From Schmidtea nova (Eukaryota), in assembly GCA_044892505.1 (NCBI GenBank), contig CM097882.1, positions 213,218,001-213,282,000 of the forward strand: a DNA stretch of 64,000 bases. Reading direction: 5' to 3'. The position numbers were made by a program, and so were the translations under genes. The notes below the pieces were generated by a model. It searched no databases and had not been told where the DNA came from. It was given only the letters and a program-made list of their open reading frames with translations. How positions within the stretch are numbered: position 1 is the stretch's first letter; each line of letters starts with the position of its first letter. This document shows, piece after piece, positions 1-14,366 of the stretch.

Positions 1-359
1 ATAATGTATTATAAAAAGGAAATAGCAATATAAAAAATGAAAATTTCTGAAATAGAATATATTAACCAAGTTAAACTATAGTTGATAAAAACAATTCAAA
101 AAGCAGCTTAAACGCAGCTTAAACGCAGCTGTAAAAATCTACTTATAAGATTATTCTATCTATTAAGTATTTTTTTTTCTTTTTAAAATATAATAAAATT
201 GACATTTTTCTAATCTTATTACTGACTTTTAAAGCTTATTATCATTAAAGAAGCAAGATAAACATGTGTTTTCATATATTAAATTTTATCTAATAATTAG
301 ACCAAAATAAATTGGTTTCATATATCTTTTCTTTATCTTCATTTCTTTCAAGACTGCAG

Positions 360-930
360 CAGTAGCGTAGCTAAAGGGGAGCAGGGGGAGCGGCCGCTCC
401 TCCTGAGACCATTTTTTAAAAAGTGGGGCCTTTTCAAGAATAAAACAAATACTTTATTCAATAATTTCAATTTCCAATTTTGCAAGTCACAAAACTGTAT
501 TTATTTATTTCAAATTGAAATTTTCAATATTTATTTCAATTTATTTCACAATATTTAATTTTCAATTAATTCAATTGATTAATATTTTTATTTTGTTATA
601 AACAAACCTAACAACTGAATTTTTTTGAAAATTTATTTAACAATAATGTAAGTACGATTTAATCACTAAATATATATAAAATATGATTTTACTGAGATTT
701 TTTAATATATTTTTATAATATATTTTTTAATTTTTCAGAGAAGTAATGGAAAATAACACTGAAAGAAAGAAACGGCCTGGACCATCTAGATGGGATAAAA
801 AGAGGGAAAAAGAAGTCGAAGATCGTGAAAGAGAATCTTCAAAATATGCAAAATTGGATACATATTTTTCATTCAGCAATCCAACAACGTCTGCGGCACC
901 AGAAGAAGAATTCACAACAAATCTGCAGTC
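360..930 (+). mobile_element. hAT-type DNA transposon 5' fragment (left TIR plus truncated basic N-terminus)
   Basis: Starts CAGTAGCGTAGC with G-rich subterminal sequence, like the TIR of the hAT at 24487 (CAGTGGCGTAGC). ORF 746 begins with a K/R/E-rich stretch ending YAKLDTYF. No right TIR found. Confidence 0.5.
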
Positions 931-3197
931 ACTGCAGATCAATATTTTTATTTATTTATTATACACTTGTCACGTGACTGATTATTTCTTTAATTTTTTA
1001 AAAATATTTTTTAAGTTGAATAATTTTATTTATCATTAACCTTCGGATGCGTTTAACAAAAATTCGGCAGTTTAGCCAACTTACGCTTCTGATGGGTTAT
1101 ATAAAAACAAAAATTTTAATTTCCAAAATAACTAGCACAAACTTTCAATAACTAATATATTATGATTAATATTATCCAAAGCTGAAACTGAGATAAAGAA
1201 AAGAAAACCAAATTCAATTGAAATTTTGTCATTTATAATTTTACTCATAAATGTTTGAATATATTAACAAAAAATAATTGACTATACTGTATTTTCGGAA
1301 AGTACTGATTTAGGTTTTGACAATAGGTCAACTCGGTTTCCTCGTAGAGATTGTAATAGGGTTGCGCCATTAAGAGAGGTTTAGGAAATTTTTACTAAAA
1401 AATATGATGCAAAACTACATTCTGGTTAAATTTGACTATCGATGGGCATTTATTGCCAGTTCGTAGTTAGCAATATATTCCGGTTAAACCGGACAAGGAG
1501 GTTTATTTTAGAGATGTGGTTACACCTAACAGTGGTTACAAATTATAGTTAATAACTACCATCTAAGCAAACTAACAGACGTAATTCATTTGGAAACTTC
1601 TTTAACAGTTTACGTTAGCTCAAAATTTGTTGAAAATAAAGTTGACGAGCGTTACCACCCAACGTTAAAAACAGATACATTCCTGCAGTATTTTCTCCAA
1701 AACTTTAACAAATAGAAAGCCACATTTTCGTATTTCTTAAATATATAGCAATTGTCCGTAACTTTCTAAAACGCTCAAGATGTCATATTATTTATTAATT
1801 TAGAATATTTAAATATTTTCCTTTTTAGCATTCTTTATAGCAAAATAGATAAGTGATTTGCCTTTTCGACCTTGTAATTTGATAATTTTCCTTCTATATG
1901 TATTTGTCCTAAGACTCTTGCTATTCTGTATTCAATTTACAAACATGATATACTCGTACATATATGATATTTCATATGACTAAGATGGTCTCACATATTA
2001 TGTCAGATGTTGAATATTGTGTTGTTCCTTTGATTTTGATGCTGGATTCTTACAAAGTAAGGGAAAATTGTATCTCTTAGTTCTATTTAGTCTACTGTCC
2101 GGTTAAGTTTAGGCAAATATGACACTGAAAAATATTATTTTGTTATTACTAATATTTTAAATAATTAAATATAAATAACATTAACAGAGTAGTAGTATAA
2201 TAAATAAAAAGTTATACAAAGACTAAATGAAAAGGTCTAAAAATAATATTTATTATATTACAATTAAATTCTGCTCCTTTCTAAAATTATTTAAACAAGT
2301 ATTTAAAATAATCATTAGTAATTACAACATCCTATTTCGATAAAAATCATTCTCGATATCTGATTGGTTTCCTCCAGGCCCGATCTGGGATTTCACGCAT
2401 GTAATGATCACAGATCCACTAAAATCACTAAAAAAGTTTCTTTCAAATTCTTTAAATATTCATTTGTACTAATAGCATATGGATTCTGCACTTTGACCCG
2501 CTGTAACATCATTGGGTTCCCGAAAACCACTTCATGGGTGAATATTTTATAGTTTTATTTACTAATGATCTCCTACCATTTCCCACAAATGGCAATGGCT
2601 AAACCCGACTTACTGAATACTTCTTGCATGTTGCTTATATTCTGTATTTTGCAGTTCCAAATACTCTTTCGATCAATTTGTTTCCATGATGCCAGTAAGG
2701 ACAAGTGAAACTCTGACTAATTCTCAAAACTCGGCAAAATTTATTCATAAAATCATTTTGTAATTGAGTGCCTTTATTAGAATGTAAGTTTCTTGGAATT
2801 TCAAAGACGCTAATTGGTCTCTCAAACAATTTTCTGGAAATCTATCTTGAACTTATACTTTTCAAAGGTATCAGCATTTTATATAGAGTAAGTATATATC
2901 AATTACTATTAATACATATTTATAATTTTGCCTTTCTGCAAGTGGGCATGTAATATCAATTCACATACTCTCAAAAGTTTCACTTGAACAAAATGTTTCT
3001 CAAGAAATCCCTTTTGTACCCGAGTATTTGTTTTACTCAGTACATGGTTTTTATGTAATATTTATGTAAGGAAAAACTGTAGAACCCAGCTGAGTCGCCT
3101 TTAAAATTGTTTTGGGACAACTGGGGTGCGTGTTGTATTATAATATTGCATATATGTTGCGTGCTTGTGAAATACACAATGTATATGTATTTATTAA

Positions 3198-3609
3198 CCC
3201 TTTCGAGACAGCCGGTTATCTGAGAAGACCACCCATTCAAAAATTATTTTTTATCTTGCTAATGATTTTCTCAACTAGCCACGATGTTAAATGTGTCGTC
3301 TATATGGTACTTTTAATGCATACTATGCGTTTCGTGTATTATTTTTATTGTGAGCTAGTTTAGGTTAATGTAAACACATGTTCTCTTGCATAGTTGGAAT
3401 CACTGCCATATAAAATATATACAAAGGGTTATTGTGAATTTATAGGAGGCAATTGCCAGTAAGTCACGAGATAACCACGCCTTGCAGGATAACGTGAATA
3501 ATTTTGTTTCATTATATTAGTTTTGTATGTTTTATTCGTTTTTATTAAAGCAGTAAATATGCCCTATTCATTAATTTTCGAAAGAAAAAATAATTCAGCT
3601 CTCAAAGGG
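3198..3609. mobile_element. piggyBac-type MITE
   Basis: TTAA|CCCTTTCGAGA ... TCTCAAAGGG|TTAG; CCC/GGG termini; right target copy has one mismatch. Confidence 0.6.
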
Positions 3610-3840
3610 TTAGCAAATAAAAATAAAACTTTCAATAATTAACAATTAACTATTAAATGTTTATTTAAAAGTAAAAAAAACAAAAGCAGTATATTGTGAC
3701 TAGAAAATATACTAACAAAAAACAAAATTTTATTAAACATGAAATAACTTTCTGGTGCTGGGTGCTGCGTTGAAATAGTTTGTTTGCTGAGCTCCATCTT
3801 TTCTTTATTCAATTGCTGGTGCATTTTTTCTTTTTTCCTA

Positions 3841-3940
3841 ATTGAACGTGCATTTTCTTTTCTCTGATTGAACGTGCATTTTCCTTTTATATAACTGGTT
3901 GAACGTGCGTTTTCTGTTATCTAATTGAACATGCATTTTC
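3841..3940. repeat. Four degenerate copies of TTGAAC(G/A)TGC(A/G)TTTTC at about 27-31-nt spacing
   Basis: Read directly from sequence. Confidence 0.7.
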
Positions 3941-6395
3941 CATTTTTTTATTATTATAACCTATTTTTTTAAATATATCCATATTTTTAATTTAATTATA
4001 TATATATATTATATAATATTTTTAATTAATATCTAATTAATATATAAGTTATANNNNNNNNNNNNNNNNNNNNNNNNNNNNNNNNNNNNNNNNNNNNNNN
4101 NNNNNNNNNNNNNNNNNNNNNNNNNNNNNNNNNNNNNNNNNNNNNNNNNNNNNNNNNNNNNNNNNNNNNNNNNNNNNNNNNNNNNNNNNNNNNNNNNNNN
4201 NNNNNNNNNNNNNNNNNNNNNNNNNNNNNNNNNNNNNNNNNNNNNNNNNNNNNNNNNNNNNNNNNNNNNNGTACTTACTAATTGAATTAAAAATAAATTC
4301 AGTTCTAGTGTTTAATATGGTACAAATTTCTTTCTTGGTTTTCCTATCTTTCAGTTTTTTTACTTTTGTAATAAATTTCCTTCGTTCTTGATTATTTAAT
4401 TTTCTAATCTTTCTTTAAATATTTATTTGTCAAATTCCTATAGGAATTCTCTTTGAAATATTTAATTTTCATAATATTTATTTTTCAAATGCTATTATTA
4501 CATGTTTGAAGCCCTAAAAATAAACACACTTTACACTTCATTCAACTTTATTTCCATTCATAACTCAATTAAGATAAAAACAATTGAACAGCAAATGAAA
4601 GAGAGACAACCGACATGCGCCCGCAACAAAATACCATAAAAGTTGAATTTTTACAAAGGTATTAAAAACGAAAGTTTTAATTTCTTTAATAATATTCTTC
4701 CAGTGAAATAATCTTTTAGCCAGTTCTGTACTTCTTTTGACTACTTGATCCCCTTTAATATTATGATGAAATTCTAATTTTTTAAACTTGTCCTTTGTTA
4801 GTCAACTTCGACTTTTTTTATCCCGGTTGTTATCAATCACCTTTACGTTTCTACATTTTAAAGGTGTTTCGTGCTATATCTCACATTGCTCATAGTTTGG
4901 TCTACTGAGAAAATGTGCATTGCTATGCAGCTCCTCGGATCTATCCTCCATCTTGAAATCGTAGATTTATAATTCCGTAATCCATGTAAAACAATAAGAT
5001 TCATCCAGGTTTTCCACAATTCGAAGCCAGCCAAGTAAGTGCTTTGTGGTCAGTCCTTATAGTAAATTGCTTTCCCATCAAATAATGTTTGAATTGTTTA
5101 GCAAATGTGTAGACAACTGGTAATTAATTTTTGTTGTTCAGTATTTCAGTTCCGAATTCGACAACGTTTTAGAAGTAAACATCACAATTTTGTCTCCACC
5201 TTGCATTTGACTAAGTATACCTTCGAGATTACTAGGACAGGCATCAGTATCAAAAATAAATTTTCCTTCTTTTATGGAATAGGCAAAGACTGGAGCTCTT
5301 GTTAGCAGATACTTTAGTCTAGTGAATATTAAATATTTTTTTTCTTCAGTTCAGTTTATTCAATTTTTAAGTGCTTTCTACTATTTTTCCTGGGATCATC
5401 CAGGGAACTCACCACTTTGGAGAAATTATGAACAAATTTCCTAACATAATTACAAAAAGCTCTAAATGAACGTAAGTCTAAAAAACATGGTTTATTTCAT
5501 TTAAGCACCTTTTCGACTTTCTTTGGCTCTGTTTTAATACCTTTATCTGCAATAAGATGATCCAAATGAAACTTCTTGTTGCAAAAAATTGAACTTTTAG
5601 GTTTTAAATTTTCACTTGGTTCTGTCAATCTTTCAAGCACGGCTCTTACTCTTTCTAGATGATGTTCAAATGTACTTCCACATATAAAAACATCGTCGAG
5701 GTATATAAAACATTGTTGCCAATCTTCATTCCCAAAGATCATGTCTATCAATCATTAAAAGATTGCTTCTAAAGATGACAGTCAGAATGAAAGTTTGTTG
5801 AATTCAAACTGTTCTCGTGTAGCTGTAAAAGTATGTTTCTATTTATGCACCATCTTCTAGCTCAACATTATAATAATCGTTTGATAAAGCGAACAGTTTA
5901 GATCCTTCCTAAGAATCACAAAGTTGTGTTGCTTCTGGAATTACATAAATTGGTCTCCTGGTTAATGAATTCAGTTTTCTATAGTTGACACAAAGTCTTA
6001 GATTACCATTTGTCTTAGTAATACAAACTAAAAGGGTTTTCCATAAACTTTCTCCTATCCACACGGGAACTCTTCTTGATGGCACAGCCATAAGATAATC
6101 ACGGTTAGTTTTATATGATGTTTTATCATCTGACAACATCCATTATCTGCGCCTGATTGCCTAAAAATGTGAGAAAATTCCTGAACAAAGTTAATTAAAT
6201 CTTTACGATGATTAGTCAGTGTAAAAGTATTCTTATTCAGTCGTTCGATCTAGTTTTCTAGGACTAATCCTAATTCAGTGCCTTTAAACAATTTTCGTTC
6301 ATTGTCTGCCAAACTGTATAGCCTGACTGGAATTTTTTTATTTTTCATTTAGTTCAACCGGTGCATTGGTAACTATTATACCCAATTCTATAAAC

Positions 6396-6398
<3 letters not shown>

Positions 6399-6436
<38 letters not shown>
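6399..6436. repeat. (TA)n microsatellite
   Basis: Direct read. Confidence 0.95.
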
Positions 6437-6437
<1 letters not shown>

Positions 6438-7105
6438 CAAAAACTCCTGGTTTAGCTCGAAAGTCATCGCAGCCAATTGATCCCTTCACAAAATATACTT
6501 TATCACTATTTAAAACTACTGTTTCATCTAAAATTACACTCAAGGAACAATGCTGAGTATTTTCTCTATTAACACTCACATCCAGATTTATTTGATTAGT
6601 GCTTTCCAGTTTCCCGACACATCACATTTTATTTTAGAAACAAACGGAATATGCTTATTATCTATAAGACAAAAAAACATTTTCTGGCACAATTTGAATT
6701 CTGTTTGTTTTCATAGTCCTAATTCCTATTATCATACTAAGGAAAATTTCATCAACAAACTTAAATTTTAACTGTTTCTCAAATTTACCAAGTTTCATGT
6801 TAATAGTAAATTCACCGACCGTGTTAATTGGCGGACCATTTGCGCAAAATTTTACTTTTTCTAAATTTAAGAAATCTATCATTCAGTTTTAGTTGTTTAA
6901 CATGTTCATAATCTATAATATTTGATTCTTCTTCACTACCAATTTAAAAGTGAGTATTACTTTCCACCGACTTCTAATTTTGTAAGAAATTTATTCTGAG
7001 CTGGTTTGGAGTGACTCCAAATTTTAATTTTTCGCTCTTTTTCGCATTTTTTAATTTCTTTGTTTATTGATAAATTGAGCTATATTTTCTGTTTCCTTTG
7101 TATAT

Positions 7106-8215
7106 TGTTGGGCTGGCGAAATGGAAAATAAATTTTATGTGAATTTATCAAAAATATACGAAAGGGAACAAGTTTAAAACGCCCGGTAAAGCATTACGCA
7201 GTAAACTAACACAAAAGAAAATAAAATCAGTAAAGTATAATAGTAATCATACGAACTGCATTCGATAAGTCGGCCGAGATAGGGCTTAAACGATAGAAAA
7301 GATGCATCTCAACAGAGAGCCCACCATCTGAGTGCAGCTCGCATTTACACACGAAGGACCGCACGAGAATTGAATGGGGAAGATCATTGCTGTATAAAAA
7401 TAAAGCAAAGCATGATCAAGGAATAAAATTGATATCAGAATAAAGAAAATAATTTATTAAAAATAGAATTAAATTAAAGTTGATTGTTTTAATCAATCAA
7501 TAAATGTACAAAAACAATAGACACACACATCATTTATCGGAATTATAAAAAAAAATTTACAAAAAATTAAATAAATAATCGTTTATTGAAACAAATAAAT
7601 TGAGTTTCAATCATAATATAATTATTTGAATGAAAACATACGCTGGTGTCAGTCTATTTTTAGTATAAATAGACGCAAAAAATCAGTTAAATAAATTCAA
7701 TTCAATTAGTTTGGAGCTAGCACAAATATTAATTTCAAGGTAGGTTCAGAGTAGGTTTGTTTTGTGTATGGTAATCTGTAATAAACATCGGATTTAATCA
7801 TGTTATATGAATGGTATTCAATAAATGTTTTGAATCATAAAAATTTCTGATTATTCTCGGGTAAACCCTCAGAACCTCCGGGGAAAATATATAAGGGCAC
7901 GTCTAGATAGTCTCGCGACCTGATGGGCAATAAATGGCCTCTCGTCCTGACTCTCTTTGGAGGGTTAGGCGATGCGGCGTACTCGAACCAAATTTGGGCG
8001 AGAAGAAATAATGAATTAAATTGAAAATTAAATTGTGAATTAATTGAGAAGGAATAATGTTGATAGAGAAAAGTAATAGATCGTTAGGAGGAAAATCATG
8101 CGATAGGACCAAAAAGAAAGCAGATGAGTAAGTCATTCTATCGGCAGCAAGAACCCAAAAAAGAGAATTTAGTGAGAAGTAGTTTCGGCAACGGAGCTCA
8201 CCTGCTCACTAGATT
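7106..8215 (+). mobile_element. Long solo-LTR-like repeat, family B copy 1 (3' end not found)
   Basis: Begins TGTTGGGCTGG; shares about 550 nt through TTAGTATAAATAGA and a distal GAGCTCACCTGCTCA block with 36962-38316 and 50680-52443 (minus). Confidence 0.65.
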
Positions 8216-9363
8216 CTTACTAGATTTTTAAGACATCATTTAATTTCTTCTTTAATGTATCGAGTTTTTCTTTAAGATATTTTATTTCTTTTTCTGAATC
8301 GTAGGAACTTTTATTAATTTGTCTAACATATTCAGATTTCTCGCTTTAAACCCCTTAAATAATTGGAAAGCATCATCATAAGTTTTTGAGTTATAAAACC
8401 ACCACCTTTTTATTGTTATATCCATAAAAATGCCAGTAATAAAATTCCTTCACTTTCGTCGTCATTTTAGGCAAGCTTTATAAAAAATAATGCCATCCTT
8501 AGATTGGTTTAAAATTTCTTTAAGAATAGATCACTCTGATTAATTCCTAATAAATCAAAAATAAAGGAAATAAGTGTTTCAAACTCCATCACTTGATTGC
8601 GCAACATCAATATCACTGTCGTTTGAATCTTGTGAAGTTGCCAACAAATCTAACTTGAGAATAAGTAAATTTAAGTCTTAGTGATATTTCTCAAATTGAT
8701 AATAAATTCAATAATATTGATAACGATTTGTAAGTTTCTATGAAAATTTATTTCGATTTTTTAATTATATAAACAGAAAATAAACAATAACTTTTATGGA
8801 AAAATTTTCAGGAAATTCGGCAGCGAAATAAGTATTTCCGGTGACATAAATATATAAAAAAATGCATGTAAAAAATATATAAAAATATTTTTAATATAAT
8901 TTTGTTATTGTACTACGCGATAATGTTTAATCCACTATGTGACATATCAGTAAACACAACGTAACTTAGTACAGTCATGACGAGACCTACTCATCATCCT
9001 CTTTTGGAATTAGAATTTTATGACCAGACATACTCGTTATACGAAGAGAAAGGGTTAATTGTAAAATTTTAAAAATTAATAAAATTGAATTAAGTCTTGA
9101 ATAAAAAATATTTCAATTTTTCAAAATTAAAACTTTACCAAATTTTTTTAAAAAATTATTTTGAATCATTGTCAAATAATAAATTTTTATATTTGCTTAC
9201 AATGAAACATATTTATTTACACGTTTTCATTGTTAGACAAGGGAAATATTGAATTATAGATTCTAGCACAGTTGAAATGTACCGGAAATCGTTAAAATTG
9301 AAAATGATTTTTAAAATTCATTTAGTAACTTTAAAGTATGAAATAGAACTCCTTTTCATTCAG

Positions 9364-9688
9364 GATTTCGTGAGAAAATATATTGCAAATAAACCTGGCA
9401 TTTATTGGCTTGGTTATGAAATATGGCCTATTATCGGCTGGAATCAATCATTTAATTTTCAACACCTTCAACCAATATGGGGAGAATTTTATGGTTATAG
9501 AAACTTTGACCCTAAAAATGTTTCTGAATTTATCAATGCAAAGGATAGCAAAATTAAAAAACTCTGTGTTGTTTTAGACAACAGAATACCGTCAGATATG
9601 TTATATTGGAAACTCGAATACTGCTTTAGTCGCCATTTAGTTATATGTGATTTTAGCCAAGAAGGCTATGACGCTTTCAGCGATAATG
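9364..9688 (+). CDS. Exon encoding the C-terminal part of a C-type-lectin-like domain
   Basis: Acceptor TTCATTCAG| (phase 0). Translation has YWLG...W...LCVV...W...YC...VICD. Phase-1 donor G|GTAATT at 9688; if unused, the frame stops at 9714. EPN/QPD and WND motifs absent. Upstream exon not resolved. Confidence 0.65.
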
Positions 9689-10052
9689 GTAATTGGAATA
9701 ATAATTTTTTGTAGCATTATCTTATTTTTTTCGACTAAATCTTTCTTCTAAATATTTTTTTGCTCAAGAATAGCCCAACAATAAGTACAATTCCTATTAT
9801 ATTATAAATTATATATATACACACACACACTCATATGATTTTCTGCTCATAAATAATGAAAAATAGGTTTAATGTCGTTTAGATATAAAAAGATGTACCT
9901 TCTCCTCCCAACACCATAATATTTCCAAGTATTAATTTCTGATTATCACATCTCTTAAGAAAAGTGTTTCTACCACTGAAGAAACAAGAACATCTGAACG
10001 AGAACCTGGAGTAATGCATTCAATTTACAAAACAACATATTATCTTTATTAA

Positions 10053-10286
10053 CCCTTTCAATTTTTATTTTAATAATTCATGTAGTATTTATAACACAAA
10101 ATATTTATTGCTAATTTAGTTTGACGGGAAATTAAAAAACTCATAAAAACTATTGCTGCACACTAAATAAGTAAAATAAAATTATAAATAGCTTACTTGG
10201 CAATTCCGAGCACAGCACATATAAAAACACAATTAGTAATTATTAGAAATTCTCTGGGACAATATGTCCCTACAGTATTGAAAGGG
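10053..10286. mobile_element. piggyBac-type MITE (234 bp)
   Basis: TTAA|CCCTTTCAAT ... ATTGAAAGGG|TTAA; perfect 10-bp TIR with TTAA on both sides. Confidence 0.85.
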
Positions 10287-10396
10287 TTAAACAACCGATA
10301 TAAAAATCTATTAATGTATAATAACCATTATATAAGGATAAAATATTTCATTGTTTATTTGATGCGTTAAAACATTTCATGACTCCCCACTAACTA

Positions 10397-11105
10397 CAGG
10401 TATACCTTGCTCATACGGCGGGTTCGGTTCCAGATCACCGCGGTATGGCGGGTCACTTACTTTTTTTCACTCGCTCCCACGGTGTAGTTAAGCAACGGGC
10501 CAATATTATTTTATATAATTAAAAATTAAAAAACCAATTTTTATATACTTAGTTTTTTAAATATTGGGACCCAAATTCTTTTAGGGTCTCCAACTTATAT
10601 CGTTTTCTAATCATTGTAGCACTGGAGTAGCATTTTTAATTTCTTTTAAAAATTTATCTTTTGAGTTAATAACGGTACTCACTGTTTGCCGAGCTAGGCC
10701 TAGCCTAAGGCCTATTTCAGTGTTCGTAAAACCTTGCTCATGCAATGTTATCATTTCTAATTTTTTAGCCAAAGTAAGTGGCTTCCTACTTTTCTTTTCA
10801 CTAGGTTTAGGGCCATAGCTATATGAGTACGTATATTAATATAGATAGTAATACGTAATACAGCATCGAAGTTGAGAGCTATGAACAAACGCGTGCTAAC
10901 ACGATTGAAACAAGCTGTTGAATGCTGCGTGGCGGCGGAGTGTAGAACGATGACGTGTTGTTATTTTTGTTCCGCATTAGCGAAACGCTATAAAATATTT
11001 TTTGGCAGTGATGCATTGAGCCATGCGCTTTTCATGTAATTTTTTTGCGACCGCAGTATGAGCGAATCACCGTAAAGCAAGCGCCGTATGAGTGAGGTAT
11101 ACCTG
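10397..11105 (-). mobile_element. Internally deleted pogo/Tigger element
   Basis: 24-bp TIR CAGGTATACCT(TG/CA)CTCATACGGCG. Minus strand encodes [58 protein letters not shown] (Tigger CENP-B/psq HTH). Confidence 0.85.
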
Positions 11106-11899
11106 TTTTAAAAATTAACTTTAATTTTAATATAAATAAAATTAATTAACCTAGTTTTAGTTATATTAATTTCATTTTAATCTATTGATTCAAGTATACG
11201 GTTGACAATTACCACAGAGAATCTCGTACAATTTCAAGAATAACATATCAAAAGAAGAACGGTTTTACTAGACGTAAAATCACGGAAAAATAGCAGGATG
11301 CCACTCAAAATCAAAATATATTTCTATGAGCATTCTTCAAAAAATAAAGAAACATTATAAAAAAATTGTGAATAAATAACAAGTTTATGGGAAGAAAATA
11401 AAATTTCTTAAATAAAATTTCTCAAATGTATTGATCCAAGTAGTAAAAGAAAAGCTGAATAAAGTACTGAACCCCTACAATGAATGTCTAAAACCACGAT
11501 GATATGATCCACTGAATGAAGGTTTCGACATTACAAAATTGGCAAAAAACTGTGCAGTGAGGAAAGGTCGTATTATGATATATGATGGTGTTCGGGTGTT
11601 AGTTTAATGAATGTTACATGCTACGTCTAGGAAGAACACCTTCATGAAATAATTGCCTTCGACTATGCACCCGTGAAGATCCCTAGCGACCCCGTTCGTA
11701 CTGTGCATATCAATTTAAACCGAATTGACAGGTGAGCTGCAAAATTTGAGACTACTCTCTACTCACGCTTACTCATAGAAGGTCTTAACTTTCGGTGTCA
11801 CGATATTCACTCTCATAAAGGTCTTAGTTGTGAAACAAAAAACAGAAAAGAAACATGTTAAAAGAGCCATGTGGTGGTACTTGAATTCAACATTTATTG

Positions 11900-13300
11900 A
11901 CCACTGAGGTCCTCCCTGTACCAGATCTCATCTCGATCCCCGATCTCCCAGATAGAGAACGGCAAATTGGACTTTCTTTTCGGTTCGCCACGCTCTTGCC
12001 TTAGCGTTTATCTTTTGACTGACATTCATAAGTAGGTCCTTTAGGGGGTCTAACACTCTCAGACGCTGTTTCGACTCTTAACTTGTCTCTTCGGACTCAG
12101 GAAATTTTTCTCGCTCCCCTTGGTTTTCTTCTAGGAATTCTTCCCTATACATAAGGATAGCTTAAGCTAAACAAAATATAATAATATTAATTAGTCCTGG
12201 ATTTGAGGACTTCTCAACTTTGTACATTATCAACCAATCATGATTTTATTAAATTCACGAGTATTTGTCTATCCATAAATATTTTACTAGCGGATGTTTA
12301 GAACTACGCAATCTAGTAGTAGACTTTGTGTTAGCAGAGCTCACAAATTCACAATCTTATTCATTATCGTGGTGTTCAATGGATATTCAGTGGATTTGAT
12401 CATTGGTAATGAGCAATTTCATTTAATCAGCTGACGTTTCGCAAATAATATTCGAATGTATATCGTCGTCTCAATCGACGTACCTGTATAGCATCGAATA
12501 GTAATCAAACCTTCGTGATAAATTCCTTCTACCGGTTAGAAAATCAGAAGACTCTTTCCGACGATTTCGAGGTATTGGTCATGTTCATTTAATATAATGA
12601 TTACACTTTTGCTCCGGGTGTATGCCTATCCTTACTACAGTGGATCACACTTGAATTATTCCCTCGTAGCCGATTGCTTTTGGATGTTCCAGCACAATAT
12701 CAGTTTATTCCAACTTTTGGCTATCATAAAGGGAGTGATCTAATTGGGTTTGTGCTACTCTGGCTGACCCCAAATCTCAGTGCTGTTCTCCCGGCTATCC
12801 ATATGCAATTCACGCCCCTTTCAGTTGATTATCATGTCTCAGCAGAGACGGTAAATATTTAACAGTGTTGTTTCCTTTTGAACTTTTCAAATTTACTAGA
12901 AATAACTGCTTTATTTGATATATTTTATAGCTATGTGGGTGGTGGGGGTAGATTAGTACGAATTTAACTTTTTACCCAGTGGATGTTAGTCGATCCATTA
13001 CCATTAGAATCAAACGTTAGTGCCCTTTTTCTGAAAAAGTTTGTCGATATCATCGTTATCCTCTCCCTACCGGATTTTTTATCAACCTTCGATACCCTAT
13101 TAACCTCAGTTAAATAAATTATATAATTTATTTCAATTTCTCCACATGTGCACCCTTCTCATTTCTCGTCTGTCTTTAGCCAAAGTTTATTTAAAAACAC
13201 TCACCATACTATGAAGCTCTAAAAGCCCCACTAGTACGCTTTCACTCTCGCGGCATGATTCCACAGAGAATGCTTTTATCGACTTTAAACAAGATATGAA
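11900..13300 (-). mobile_element. Possible very degenerate Penelope-like remnant
   Basis: Only faint minus-strand traces resembling the RT thumb (TNFFRK...TFDS) and GIY-YIG spacing (C.HYI..T). Confidence 0.25.
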
Positions 13301-13746
13301 AATAAAATACAAATAGACACATTAAATGAACATAACAAAACCATGGGGTCAATGACTGTATAACAACAAAATAAAAATAAAAATAATTTCGTATTACCAT
13401 AGCAAGATTTAGATCAAAATGAACCGTTTTTAATAAATAGACTGAGACTTTTAATTGCCTAATTATGATTGTGAATACTTTCTCGTGTGATGTTGACCTT
13501 GTGGTATTTCGTTTGTTAGTTAGTTGTAGTTTTGGTAGTCGTGTTCGTTATTTAACTGGTTTTAGCTTCCGTATTTATACTGATTTAGCTCTCATGTTCA
13601 GCCAATCAGCTTTGATTCTAAACTTAATCCGTGGTAGGTTCAGGTTTTATTAATTTTGTTTATGTTTTTATTTTATCAGCATTTCCGACCAGCTGGATCA
13701 TAGTCTAAGTAATTGTCCAATTACTTATACTATTATGTTTGATTTA

Positions 13747-14366
13747 CAGGCATACCCCTATTAACGTCGTTAATTGGTTAAGGAGGCTAGTTATTATAAA
13801 AGAAAGAGAAAAAAAATTACAACACATGGATTTTAATTATTTCACATATAGGGTTGTACAGTGGGTCCCTACGAAAATGTAAATAATTTTTAAGCAAAAC
13901 TTTCATAGAAAAAATGTATATTTTCAAATATATAAAAAACAAATAAAAATAGTATGCATACAATCACATACATCGTGCATACGTATGTTTATAAATTCAT
14001 TTTATGCTCTAAAATAAAAATAAAAATTATATGTATACACTTTAAAAGTATACTTACTTGAACAAACAAATATACTTACTAGTGACAATAAAATATATAA
14101 AATTAAGCAAAATATATGGAACAGCTAGCTAAATCATTTATGCACAAACAATAATTAAAACAAAAACTTCAACAGTGGGAAGCTAATGAAAATTATGTAG
14201 AAAAACAAATTTTCAAATAACACCGCCTGCTTAGAATTATAGAAAAATGATTTAAACAACGTTACAGCGAAGCAACACGACGTTACAGTGGGGTATGATT
14301 ATAATGGTAGACTGACGTTACAGCGAAACAACTTTGCGCGAGGCAACGTTAGTCGGGGTATGACTG
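13747..14366. mobile_element. pogo/Tigger-type MITE
   Basis: TA|CAGGCATACCCC...GGGGTATGACTG|TA; TIR about 21 bp with 4 mismatches; subterminal CGTTACAG repeats. Confidence 0.75.

Larger units (their letters stand above)
2400..6900 (-). mobile_element. Degenerate Ty3/Gypsy pol remnant (protease-like, RT, RNase H, integrase), split by gap 4054-4270
   Basis: Minus-strand fragments in Gypsy order: 6658-6882 protease-like; 5909-6139 KTNGNLRLCVNYRKLN; 5497-5751 FIYLDDVFI; 2635-2829 PRNLHSNKGTQ...LIERVFGT (integrase core). Many stops and frameshifts. Confidence 0.8.

Noticed and set aside
921-939. Right end of the hAT at 360
   Set aside because: A 9-bp palindrome and a near-match to the left flank exist, but there is no right TIR.
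7106-8215. 5' LTR of the Gypsy remnant at 2400-6900
   Set aside because: Its TATA and family orientation are on the + strand, opposite to the pol remnant, and no partner LTR was found.
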